In this document: positions 15,187 to 29,276 of the stretch, piece by piece
Position numbering within the stretch: the stretch's first letter is position 1
Layout: each line of letters starts with the position of its first letter
NCBI RefSeq assembly: GCF_009914755.1
Contig: NC_060933.1
DNA: 64,000 nt
Reading direction: 5' to 3' (one strand)
DNA from: the human T2T-CHM13v2.0 reference genome, Homo sapiens
Made by a program: the position numbers and the translations under genes
Notes under the pieces: model-generated
Told to the model about the DNA's origin: nothing
The model's database searches: none
What the model saw: the letters and a program-made list of their open reading frames with translations, nothing else

Positions 15187-15221
<35 letters not shown>
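15179..15221. repeat. (CA)n microsatellite; (UG)n in FANCC pre-mRNA
   Basis: acacacatgtac followed by an uninterrupted (AC)n run. Confidence 0.95.
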
Positions 15222-15222
<1 letters not shown>

Positions 15223-15854
15223 TGTAATTCTTTCATGGCTCTTTCCAGTGATCTTGTAACAGATCAGTTCAAAATAAAACAAAATTCTGGGTAGTCTTAC
15301 CTTTTAGAAAAAGAGAAGGGAAAAAATTCTGAATTATTAAATTTTAAATAATTTTATCCATTCAGTAGTTTTTTATTTTGTGCCTGCTATGAGTTACAAC
15401 ACAAAACAAAAAAGAACATGAACAAAAAGACATGGCCCAACTCTGCGGAATATAATGTCTGAAAAGCTGACAAATCCTCTTTAAATGGTTGCTTCCTTAA
15501 TTATTTCAGTAAAAAAAAAAATTTTTTTAAGTTTGCCATTCAGAAATCAATGCAGGTATTTCTTTAAAGCCACAATGAAGACTTAGCCCTGTGCCGTCCC
15601 CAGCAGTTCCAGCCTAGTGAAAGAGGTCTGTCTGAGGAGCCAGGGTTCCGTGCGGTGTAGTGCGGCTGCAGTGCAGTCACACCACCACCTGGAGTGCAAT
15701 CTAACTGTTCCTCATACCAGTGAGTGGTTTCGAGAGCTCAAGGTTCCTTTCAGGGGTGAGATATCTTTGGAAGCACATACCTTGCTTTCTATGCTGCATC
15801 TGGCCCATGGATGAATAAAGAACCAGTTTCCAATGCAAAATTATTTAACCTTAT

Positions 15855-16486
15855 TGTGTCCGGAATTTATTCCTTCTTGTGGGTTCTCGGTCTCGCTGAC
15901 TTCAAGAATGAAGCCGCGGACTCTCGCAGTGAGTGTTACAGTTCTTAAAGATGGTGTGTCCAGAGTTTGTTCCTTCAGATGTTCAGATGTGTCTGGAGTT
16001 TCTTCCTTATGGTGGGTTCGTGGTCTCTCTGACTTCAGGAGTGAAGCCGCAGACCTTCGCAGTGAGTGTTACAGCTCATAAAGGTAGTGCGGACCCAAAG
16101 AGTGAGCAGCAGCAAGACTTATTGTGAAGAGCGAAAGAACAAAGCTTCCACAGTGTGGAAGGCGACCCAAGTGAGCTGGTGGCCGCTGCTGGCTGGGGTG
16201 GCCAGCTTTTATTCCCTTGTTTGGTCCCGCCCACATCCTGCTGATTAGTCCATTTTACAGAGTGCTGATTGGTCCATTTTTACAGAGTGCTGATTGGTGC
16301 ATTTACAATCCTTTAGCTAGACATAGAGTGCTCATTGGTCTGTTTTTACAGAGTGCTGATTGGTGTGTTTACAATCCTTTAGCTACATACAGAGCACCGA
16401 CTGGTGCGTTTACAATCCTCTAGCTAGACAGAAAAGTTCTCCATGTCCCCACTTGACCTAGGAAGTCCAGCTGGCTTCACCTCTCA
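15855..16486 (-). mobile_element. ERV9 solo LTR (LTR12 family)
   Basis: tgtgtccggaatt...gtctcgctgacttcaagaatgaagccgcggac...ctggcttcacctctca; tandem agagtgctgattggt units; 4-bp TSD ttat (15851-15854 and 16487-16490). Confidence 0.93.
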
Positions 16487-16752
16487 TTATCAGATTTCTT
16501 TTTGTAACTTCACTCCATTTTACCAGTCTGATCTTGCATTAGGTTCAATTTCAAGTATGAACCTTTGAATTCCACTGTCATACCAAATACTATTTTAGAC
16601 CATGAGTTTATCTCCTTCTGTTTTACTTTTCTGAGATCTATATGCAATATTTGCAGAAAGTAAAAACCAAGTCCATAAAATATCCAAACTATGTTACTTT
16701 TTCAATGGTGGTTGCAAACACGTTTCCTAAAAATGATACATCAAGGTCATAC

Positions 16753-17080
16753 TGAGACAGCCAGGTGACAGGGGTCCCTGGAGAAACTCCAACCAGCCTG
16801 CCCACTGACTGAGGTGGAGCCTCAGGAAGTTCACAACATTTGCAGCAGGGAGGCGCCTGGCCCCCCTCTTCCTGTGAGGACCCTGGGATTCGAATGGCAG
16901 GCGGGAAGCACTCCAGCAGGGACTCTGGTCTAGCGAGAGCCCCTGTCTCCCCATTTTCTTCCTTTTCACCCAATAAAACCCAGTCTCACTCACCATTCAA
17001 ATTGTCTACAAGCCTGAATTTTCATGGCCATGGGATAAAGAACCCCGTCCTTAGCTGAACTAGGGAAAAGTCCTGCAACA
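16753..17080 (+). mobile_element. ERV1 solo LTR (MER61-like)
   Basis: TG...CA termini, cccaataaaacc poly(A) signal, end ttagctgaactagggaaaagtcctgcaaca, TSD atac/atcc. Confidence 0.75.
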
Positions 17081-17331
17081 ATCCTATATTTGAAAGTTCC
17101 AAGTGTGGAGAACAGAGTTCGTGATTAACCTAAAGAGGAATTCTTATGAGGGTGCAAATCAAAGAGAGGGATATTTTAAAAAGAAACTTATTTATTATTT
17201 GGTAAGTTATAACATGGAATAAAGGTATTACTTGAAGGCCACTCTCTCTTTTGCCAAGATCTTGTGGTGACCTCCAATTATTGGGTCTATGCCATTTCAG
17301 CAACCATGGAAATGAGCATAAGCTGACTGAC

Positions 17332-17765
17332 TGTGTTAGTCCATTCTCGCATTGCTATAAAGAAATACCTGAGACTGAGTAATGGAGGCAATGAATAATT
17401 TATGAAGTAATTATAAAGAAAAGAGCTTCAACTGGCTTGTGGTTCTGCAAGCTGTACAGGAAGCACTGCAGCATCTGCTTGGCTTCCGGGGAGGCCTCAG
17501 GAAACTTACAATCATGGTGGAAGGTGAAGGGGGAGCAGGCATGTCACGCAGCCAGAGCAGCAGCAAGAGAAACAAGGGAGGTGCCACACACTTTTCAACA
17601 ACTAGACCTCGCAAGAACTAGTAGTACCAGGGGGATGGTGCTAAACCATTTGTGAGAAACCATCCTCATGATACAATCACCTCCCACCAAGCCCCACTCA
17701 CCCTCAACATTGGAGATTACAATTCAACATGAGTTTTGGGTGGGACACAGATCCAAACCATATCA
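17332..17765 (-). mobile_element. MaLR solo LTR (MSTA/B-like)
   Basis: tgtgttagtccattctcgcattgctataaagaaatacctgagactg...gacacagatccaaaccatatca; 5-bp TSD ctgac/gtgac. Confidence 0.9.
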
Positions 17766-20046
17766 GTGACAAACATATATTATGAACTCACTTCAGGATT
17801 GTGCAAAGGAGTAAAATTAACTGAGGCTGGGAAGAAGGATGCCTTATTGAATGCATATATCTTCTACAATGAATGGCAGTGAAAAAACAAATACAAATTA
17901 GAGCAATTTTTAAGAAACTGAAAGTACTTTATTAAATTCACTATTTATTCATAACATCCTTGAATAAATAAGATTTTTTTCTTGCAATTGTGTCCATGTG
18001 TCCCTGAGTTTCAAAAACCTTCAAAGAAATGTTTTTTTATGCCCCAAACAATGTTATCTCAAAACACTCCTGGCTTTTAGTAACAAAATCCTGAACCAAA
18101 CAGCTCAAATAGAAAAGGAAAGAAATTCGAGCATTTATGCCTGGAAAAGACTTGATCCAGGGTCCACACAATGTGAATATGACCTGTTTTCTCTTGCTGT
18201 TTTTCTCAGCTATGTTTTGTCAGGACTAACTCCATTTCCAGAGACGCTCTGATCTCATGGTTCCACATGACCAACAGCAACTTCAGGGATTATGTGCTAC
18301 TTAATTCATGTTCATCAGGAAAGATACAATCCACTTCCCAATCTTGCAAACAAATGTTACAGCCCTGAATCTCATCAGCCTTGACGGGGCTCATCTTGAC
18401 CAACCAGTGTGGCCAGAGGAACAGAGAAGCTGTGTTGGTTAAGCCAGGTAGGACCCACTCCAGGAGCCACATAAGATACCTCTCACCCAGAATGAATCAT
18501 GCACAGCTGGGAAATTCAGGGTACTATTAAGAAGGCGGGAAAGGAGGGGAGATGGATACTGGAAAAGCAATGAATAAATATCCCCTATACAGGCAAATAC
18601 AAAAATTCAATTATCAATTAATCTTTAAAAAAAAAAACCCTGAGGTTGTAGAAAGTCAAGCAAATAGAACGCAGGTAGAAAAAAAATATCAGTAATGTGT
18701 TTGTTACTTAAAAGTAATAAAAATAGTAGATGGAGCTGTGGAAGAGGAATCGCTAACATCCCTGGCCTCATCTCTGAATTTCACCTTGCCTCTGCTATTT
18801 TTCACTAATCATCTTATTTTCCCTTTTAAATTGCCATTCAAACTTGAACAATAATTATTTCCCTAGGTTTCCATATCTCAGCCAGGCCAGGCTAGTAAGG
18901 GTATAAAACCATTCCAAGGAGAGGAAAGAAAATTTCTGCCAAGTACAAATCTGTGCATAGGTTTGGCATGTCTGGAGCTAGTGCAGCAAGATGCTAGGAT
19001 CTGGGAAGATCAGGGAGTGGCCTTCATGATATGTGGATGCAAAAATGGAAAATGGAGATATTAGGGTTGAGAAAAGATGAAGAGAAGCTGCATATACCAA
19101 GGTAGAATGTGGATTTTATCAAAATTTATTACTGGTTAATAAAGTTGGGGTGTGTACTCCAAGTAGTGCACAAGATAGTCCACTGAGATGTGAAAACAAC
19201 ATTAGAATATTTATATGTAAGAAGAAATCAAGCTTTATTAATATTTCACAAATGTACTCACACTACGACCTTAGCCAGTCTAGATGTTATAGATGGTCAT
19301 GTGTCACAAGTAGTCCAAGTGGGACCCTGAGGGAAGGGTGGGGATTCCACCTCACAGAGGGCTGGCAGGAGCCCTCCGGTTCCCACTTCCTCTCAGGATA
19401 TGCATTATGGTCTCCATGTGACCAGTAAGGAAGGTCTGCTGATTATGCTATCTAACTAAAGGAACCATCAGATGGACACCTGGCTTCAAAAGATCCCTGC
19501 AAAGAAGTCAGAGATTAAAAATACTACTATGAATGCAACCTAAGAGAACTGGGAAATGGTAGCACAGACACTTCTGCAAGCGAATCATCAGCCTCATTAA
19601 AAGGTTATGCTAATTAAAAGTTGGCAAAAATGTTTCAAAGTTATCAGGAAGATTATCTGAAAAAATAAATTTGTACAACTTTTAATTCATTTATGCATAT
19701 CATATATTCATTAATTTATTCAAAAATTTATGCCGTGCCAGGTACTGTTCAATTTGCTAATAGTAAACAAAACTGAGAAAAACCAATTTTGCCTTAGAGG
19801 ATAGTGGCCATTGAGATTCTCACCAAACTGACTAATCACAATGCCAATCAAAATGCCAACAAGTTATTTTGTGTTTTAGTGAAACCTGACACACACATCC
19901 TAAAATTTATGTAACAGTTAATGCTAAGTTCCAATATTAGCCAAGGCTGTCTTGATGAAGAACAAGATGGAAGAACTTCCTCCTGGATAGCAAGATACTT
20001 ACAAGGCCACATTAATGATGACAGTGTGGAACTGGCATAAATATAG

Positions 20047-20528
20047 TATATTTGTCAGTTATCCAGAGAAACTGAACCAATAAGATAGACACACACACAC
20101 ACAGGGATTTATTATAAGGAATCAGCTAACACCATTACAGTAGCCAGCAAGTCAGAGACACAAGAGAGCAAATGCCCAGATAACCAGGAGAGTCACCGGT
20201 ATAGTTTCAGTCAGAAGGCCAGCAGGCTTTAGACCCGGGAAGAGGTGACGTTTCAGTCTGAGTGTGAAAGCAGGAAAAAGGACAATGTCTCAGTTTAAAA
20301 GCTTTCAGGCAGGAGGACTTCTCTCTTACTCGGGAGCATCAGCCTTCTTTTCTAGTCAGGTCTCTCACTGACTGGATAGGGCCCACCCGTATTAGGATGG
20401 GCAATCTGCTTTACTCAGTCAACTAATTTAAATGTTAATCTCACCCCAAGACACCCTCACAGAAACACACAGAATAATGTTACCAGGACCTTGTGTCCAG
20501 TCAAGTTGATACTAAGATTAATACCATA
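20047..20528 (-). mobile_element. ERVL solo LTR (MLT2-like)
   Basis: tccagagaaactgaaccaataag...taatttaaatgttaatctca...ccagtcaagttga. Confidence 0.8.
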
Positions 20529-20570
20529 AATAAACAACAAAACCAATGGAGAGATGCAGGATCACACCTG

Positions 20571-20817
20571 TGCACCCAAAGGCACCTGATGCATGATGAA
20601 GGTGGCACCACAGATCAGTGGGAAATGCACCCAAAGGCACCTGATGCATGATGAAGGTGGCACCACAGATCAGTGGGAAATGCACCTGATGCATGATGAA
20701 GGTGGCACCACAGATCAGTGGGAAATGCACCTGATGCATGATGAAGGTGGCACCACAGATCAGTGGGAAATGCACCCAAAGGAACCTGATGCATGACGAA
20801 GGTAGCACCACAGATCA
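20571..20817. repeat. Minisatellite/VNTR with units of 55, 55, 45, 45 bp and a partial fifth unit
   Basis: Core cacctgatgcatgatgaaggtggcaccacagatcagtgggaaatg, with or without cacccaaagg; unit starts at 20571, 20626, 20681, 20726, 20771. Confidence 0.97.
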
Positions 20818-21023
20818 TGATTTTCAATAACGGTGTCAGGCAATGGGACATCAACGTGGAAATAAGATGAAAATGGACTACTTACCACCTTACACCACAC
20901 CATAAGTTACAGGTGGATCACAGACTTACATAGGAAAAGGAAACCAACAGGCTTTTAGAAGATAATATGGAAGATCTTCATGACCTTGGACTGCAGAAAA
21001 ATTTCTTAAATAAGGCACAAAGT

Positions 21024-21333
<310 letters not shown>

Positions 21334-22984
21334 GCAACAAGGGGCACATGGGGGGCAGGGACATCCAGGAGCAGTCAATGTTCTGTTCTATTTCCTTGGG
21401 TGGTGATTACAAGGATCTGTCACAATTTATTAAGCTTGGCATTTATGTTTTGTGTAAGTCTGTTAGATTTTTTAATTTATAAGTTTTTTCTTTTTGAAAA
21501 AAGAAGAAAGTAGAGGACAGACGCTATCTGGATATTGCTTAGTATTGCATTTCGAAAGAAAATACAGATAGAATACAACACCTTTTGATCTCTGTTCCTG
21601 GTACCCTGTTGTGTTTTTTTGTCTTTTTTTCTTTCTATCAGAATCAAAAAATAATAGTGGTATGGTTTTGCCAGAGAAGACAGGCATCCTCTTACATTTG
21701 GCAGGCCCTGGAAACCTTCCCCATCTATTGTAGCATCTGAGAACAGACTGTCTTTCTAGGTCCAGTGCTGTATCCTCAGCCGCTATAGTTGTGCCTGGCA
21801 AACAGTAGGTGCTCAAAAAGTATCTGTTCAGTGGATTTACCAGTAAAACTACATTTTTCAAGACCACATATTCCCAAAATACATGAAAGAGTCCCGGAAC
21901 TTCGTCTCTGAACTGTAAGAAGAGCTGTTGAGGTGGTGCTCTATGATGGCACATTCAAGGTTGTCAGTAAAACTCCAAAACATTTTATCAATGTGTTTCC
22001 AGTATAACACATGCTAACATGTCAAGTGTCAAACAGAATTATTTCTTCTCTGTGCTAAAAATACAACTCAGTCTATCATTTTCAAATTTATTAATTAATT
22101 TGAATGTTTACTGAATTTTGTAATTTACTGTAGAAATTCTTAGTTTTTGATTTAGAGTATTTCAATCATACTTGTAATGCTCCAGTAACACAGAATGACC
22201 CAAGATTTTATTACCACAATTAGAACATCCTAGCACATGGTAGGCCCTAATAAATGCTTGCTGAATGAATTAGCAAACATTAAAATATGGCTGTTTTATA
22301 ATTTTCACAAGGATATTGGATGTCAAGGTACACATCTTTAACAGATACTATGTCACTCTAAAACCTCCATGAAGAAAATATCACCTCCAAGATAAAATCA
22401 AGTATACCGGAGATGTGAACTGATTTATAAACCAACCTACAGACTATCTTCTATCTTGCTGCATTTACAGCCAACATGAGATTATGTATGTACTGACTGA
22501 TGATGGGCAATGTAATTAGCTTTAGAGTTGTTAAGAGTTAAATAATTAATATGTTAATAAATTGTTAAGAGTTAAATCATTAATATGTTCCTAGACATCT
22601 TTTTATCGGTTCATGTTATTTAGTTCAGGCTTGCTTGGTAACTGAGGAAGGAAACTGTTTTCCCAACCTCGCATATCCTCACCTGTTCCCTACCCACATA
22701 TTCATCTCAATGTAAAGCATGTTTGGGACTTGCTCAATTCAGCCAACCCCACCCTAGTCTGGCTATCACCCCCTTCATTGCCAAAGTTCTCCCTCCTTTA
22801 CTGCCAAGTTTCTTGAAAGAGTGAAGTTTATTATCTCTGCTTCCTCACCTCTTCAACATTTCTCAATCTGGAGCAATCTGGCTGTTTCCCTCCACCTCTC
22901 ACTAAACCTCTCCTCACCGAGTCTTTGCTCACAGTGGCTAAATCCAAGTAGTGTTTCTTGATCCTTCTGCTGTATGCTCCACAG

Positions 22985-23490
22985 CTGCCCTGTCCAACAC
23001 GGCGGCCGCCTGCCACATGTGGCTGCAGAGCACTGCCGTGCAGTAAGCACCAGGGAATAACTGAACTTTGTATTTAATTTTAATTCAATTTTAATTTAAA
23101 TACCGATACTTGATTCAGTTATAAAATTCCTCGGAACAACTTGGGTATGTGAATCTACTTTTTCAACCCTACATTTTATAAAATCTAAATACAGATCAAG
23201 AATTTCCAAAGAAAATTTAACATCTGAATGAAGATACAACACGTAGATATAAGTGTTAGCGTAACATACACAGTGGATTTCAAAGATACATCATGAAAAA
23301 GATTATAAATAATCTCAATAACTTTAATAATGATTAAATGTTGAAATGATGGTATTTGGAATATACTGAATTAGGTGAAATATCTTCTTAAAATTAATTT
23401 TAACTATTTCTTTTTATGTTTTTTAAAGCAGCACCTGGAAAGTTTACCATTATCTATGCAGCATGTATTTTATTCCTACTGGACAGCACT
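22985..23490. mobile_element. hAT-Charlie DNA transposon derivative (Charlie1/MER33-like) inside L2 relics
   Basis: Degenerate TIRs ctgtccaa.../...tggacagcactg; ccacatgtggct; aaatctaaatacagatcaag; atgttgaaatgat. Confidence 0.7.
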
Positions 23491-23923
23491 GCTGTATGGC
23501 ATTAGATATGAATGAGCACTCATTCTCCGTTGCTTCTCTCCTTCTACTTCTTGGACCCCTCCTTACATTCTGTAGCATCAATCATTCTTCCACTTCCCCT
23601 TAAGGTCAGTGTCTCCCCAAGGCTCTCTCTAGTTCCCCTGGGCCCCTACCCCAGCACTCTCTGGGAGCGGACCTTACCTCACCTAAGGCTTCCACTATTC
23701 CCACAGGTGGCTGACTTTCAATCCTCTGCCAGCAAATCAGCTTGCTCTCCTGACAATGGGATATTCACCTGCTCTCTGTACATTTCCAGCTATGCCTAAG
23801 TGTATCGACATTTAATCTGCCATTATACCTTCTGGGTATTTGCCTTATTAATATCTTATAAATCGGGCCCCCTTCTCCATTTCTTTGAGGCCCTCGCAAT
23901 TTCTCAACTTATCACTACAATAG

Positions 23924-24320
<397 letters not shown>

Positions 24321-24324
24321 ATGA

Positions 24325-24810
24325 TTTCTCTGTTTTAAATACTCTGGTGGCTGCCCCACTGTCATCAAGATAAAAACCTTCTATAGTCATATGCAAGGAC
24401 TGTGCTTGCTGGTCTCTCTGGCTTCATGCTTCATCACCAACTCCACAAAACCCCAAGTTCCAGGCACACTTAAGTACCCACAGTTCCCTGAATACGTTTG
24501 CTTTCTCACCACCATACTTTGCATAGTCTGTTTCTGCTGACAGGAATATTCTCCCTAACTCTATCCTTGCTCTCCTAGCTGTTCTTCAGAATTCAATTAA
24601 CACGTCACCTGCCCCAGGAAATGTCTCCAAACCCCCTTGTCAGAGCAAGTGTCCCCCTCTACGTCAGCGTCACACCTAAACACAGCTTTAGCAATAACTC
24701 AACCACGCTGCCCTGGAGTGACCTGGTTACCAGTCTGGGAATTCCCCGAAGGCACAGATTAAGTGTTTTAACTCCCTGAACTATACTTAATAAGTACCTA
24801 CTAGTAAGTA
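24325..24810 (+). mobile_element. L2 fragment
   Basis: tggctgccccactg...tctttgc..ctgtt.ctgct...gtcacct.ccccaggaa pattern, continuous with L2 relics at about 23500-24010. Confidence 0.55.
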
Positions 24811-26102
24811 GATATAGTATTAAACAAGAAAAACAATAAAATGTGAGGCTAGAAATTTTTAAACAGGCTAATAAAGTCATGAGTTAAATGAAGAAAGTTA
24901 ATCCAGTCACTCTAAAAACACTTCATTAGATGGCCTACTTCAGGACTCAATGAGCTATCTAATACAAAATTATATGCTAAATATTCATTAAAATATCAAA
25001 TAATAAAAGCAACAATTAAAAAAATTAAGGACTAAATATGTCATTTTGTTTCTTCAGCCTTGTTACACATTCTTTCTTCCCTAATTCTACTTATCTGTTC
25101 CTTTCTTCAGTTCCTTACATTAATTTTCCTTCCAATTAAAGTTTGTATTCTTTCCTTCCATTGCCCAATCCCTCTCACTCCCTTCTATCTTTCAAACAGA
25201 AAAATATAAATACTGTCTTCATCATCTGTTAGCGATTTTGTCTAAAACAAAGAAATCGTAAAAAGCAGTGAATGTAACGATATCACCAGTCAGACTGATA
25301 GACAAAACCATATGCACTAATCTGGTTGGATGATTTCATAATACTAAGCAGCTGATCTGAACCACAAGCATACTAAGTGGAGTCTGACAGGCATCAGCCA
25401 GTCCTGGGGTTGCTGCAGCAAGGCAGTGCGGGGAACAGAAAAGAACAGCCAATGCGCTGCTGGTGAGGGCAGCTGCAGCCCAGCCTCACCACATCTCTAC
25501 CTTATGCCTACCCTTCAGGAGAAAGTAGAAGCAGACAGGGAAATCTAGAAAGCTGTCAGCTATCTGGACTAGCACAGTAGGTAGCCAACTGGAAAGTGTG
25601 AGTGAGCAGCAGAGGCCGCGCAGCACCAAGATCCAGTCTGTGCATATGCTGGCTCAGGCACCAACTTCGGGACACAAAATAAAGAGTGCTGCTCCCGCCG
25701 CACTGCTGAATTTTCATTTCACTACAAAATAGATTTTGAGAGAGGCATGGAAGCATGTGGAAAGGAATTTAAACCAGGTTGATAGGGAAAAACAATTTTT
25801 TGAAGGATAGCAATTGCTAGAGTGAAATGGAATACATTATTTTAATCACCTGAAAGAAACTTTTCAAAACCACTCAACATTAGGTCTTCATCCTAAAGAC
25901 TGGTATCTTTTGGAATTCACAGTCAAGCAAAATTGAAATCTCTTGAAAAACTTTTTACTCAGCAAGATAATGTAACAGTGAAGGGTATGTTTGAAAAAGT
26001 TTCTAAAACATCATAGAACTGGATTCCACCCCACCCCAAAATTTTTTTAAGCAGCACTTTTAAATAATCAATTTAATTCAAAGAAGTGCAGAGCAAGATT
26101 TA

Positions 26103-26222
<120 letters not shown>

Positions 26223-26951
26223 TTAATAAGTTTTATCAAGCAGAAAAAATCATTAATATAAAAACACTGTAAACATTATATTTAGGAAAATCTCAAACTA
26301 CTAAGTTCACAGAACAAGTATCCCTGAATATAACATTTGCTTTCTCGCCATCATACTTTGCACATTCTCTTTCTGCTGATGGGAATATTTTCCCTCACTC
26401 TATCTTTGCTCTCCTAGCTGTCCTTCAGAATTCCCTAAACTTAACTTTGTGGGGTTTTGTCCTTCTTGTGGCCTTGGGATCACTTAACTCTTGTGTGGTC
26501 AATTTCCTTTCTGTAACAGTATCAATTTTTAAAGCCAAACGAGAATGATGGAAAGAACTAAGAGAACTGGGCTTTTTTCATGATCAGTTTTTTCACATTT
26601 CAAATGGTTAGTAATTTCGACCTTTCTAAGGCAACTTAATGGTTATAGGCAGTTGGTAGCCAGTATTTGTGATTTAATCTTTTAATTTTTTAATTTGCCA
26701 AAATAGCTCCACTTGTTAAAAAGAAATTTAATAAAAAGGATTGTTTTAAAATATATTTCTAGTACCAAGTGCTTTGGATAAAATAGAAGTCTCTTACATG
26801 CTCTTTTACTCTAAAATGTAAATCTTTATAAAACTTTACCAAACATGCAATGAAAATCTGAACTTTGAAATCTTACATTTTGCAGGAACATCTACTTGAT
26901 GAGCTACTTTCTTTCTCCTTTTGTGGTGACTGAGTCTATTCCAGCGGATGA

Positions 26952-27422
<471 letters not shown>

Positions 27423-28965
27423 AAAACCCAGCATTTCTAAGGACTTCATTAACAAAGAAATAAGAACAATACCAACTCTAGTAAGCGACTTCTGTATTTT
27501 TATCCACAAACTAAATAATGCTAACAGTAATTTTTAAACCCATTTTTTTCCCTGTGAACATACATAGCTTATGCTTTTCCAATAACTAACATCTCTGAAA
27601 AAACTTTATCAGGGGTTATTCTGAGGCCATTCATTTTTTTCCCCTAGCTTTTATGAGCTCAAATAAAGCATTATAAAGCACTGGCTTGCCTGAGATCAGT
27701 TCATTTCAAGAGTCGTATAATTTAACCACTAAAGATTCTAGGATTCTTCAGGTTTAACCAATGCCACTAATTAAAAATGTGACTGTTATGCTTCCCATAG
27801 TTTCAATATTAGAAGAAATTCTACCTAGCTTCATGTAGTAAGTGTGACAGATGCATCCAATGGCATCCTTACGCATGCAGCAGGGTGTTAAAAAGAATGT
27901 AATCTGATGGAGAGCATTTCCAAAAACCAGACATTCACCACCAAAAAAAAAAAAAAAAAAAAAGAAAGGAAATGTCAGTTTATGAGTTTATGAAGCTTAA
28001 ATCTAAAAGAATACCCAAAACTGGGAGTTTCCCCAGGTGTTGAGTGATTATGCAAACTTAGTTCAAAAGGTATATTATTTTTTATTTTTCTCCCAAAATT
28101 TTATTTTTTGGGAGAAAAATAAAAAAAGAGAAGGAGCCAGAGAAACTTCCACCCAACCTGTAGGAGGTGACTTTCTGTGCCCAGAGTCAATGCACTGAAA
28201 TGCACTGCTAATGAGCTTACAGTTTGCTTTGCTTAGGCAATTTACAAACATGAGCCATGGACTGTTATTCACAAGTGCCACCAGCACTCACTCCAGGGGC
28301 TGGCATCTGTCAGGCTCCTCCCTGGAGGCCCTGAGCTCAGGCTGGAGCATCCCACAGGGCATGTTAAGTGAGATGGGAAACTGCCTGGGATTCACTGCAG
28401 GGACAGTCACTGACAGCCCATCTTAGTGTAAATTTGGATTCTAAAACTGAGTGGAAAGGAAAGGAAGATAACAACATACACTTGCCATCTTGTATTTTAT
28501 TTTTTGATATCTGGAATTGAAATTCTACATAAAAGCTAAAGCAATTCTTTAAACTTTAATTCTATAGTTTAAAAGTATGAAGGCAGCAAATTTTTAAGAC
28601 AATATTCACTGTTTTAAGCTGCTAAGTTTGGCAGAAATTTGTTATACAGGAATAGTGAATAGTGAAGAAGAGAGGTAACAGCTGTCATGCTTAATCGTGA
28701 GGGCAGAGTTAGAAGCAATGGATCAGAATTTCAGAAGGTGAAGGCAGTATTTTTATGCTGAGGACATCATCGAATAAAAAGGTATTCTCTAACTTTCCAT
28801 TATTATCTATTTTGTCTCTTCTCTTTTCAGTATCTTTTCATTTCCAAATCATCCCTCCTTCCTTATTACCCTTTTCTGATCCTATTCTCCATGAACACTA
28901 CATATGACTTACTTTTTTCCATGATGAAAATTGTTTGCTTTTACTGTAATTAAAAAGCAATTTTG

Positions 28966-29276
<311 letters not shown>

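Larger units (their letters stand above)
19810..21020 (+). mobile_element. Degenerate L1M ORF2 fragment hosting the MLT2 LTR and the VNTR
   Basis: atcctaaaatttatg, gacagtgtgg.actggcataa, ttttcaataa and agatcttcatgaccttgg motifs. Confidence 0.6.

Noticed and set aside
20571-20817. CRISPR-like appearance of regularly spaced repeats
   Set aside because: No unique spacers, units are contiguous, context is a eukaryotic intron and there are no cas genes. It is a VNTR, and its repetitive ORFs are by-products.
27943-27963. Orphan poly(A) run as a truncated retro-insertion
   Set aside because: No TSD or element body is visible.
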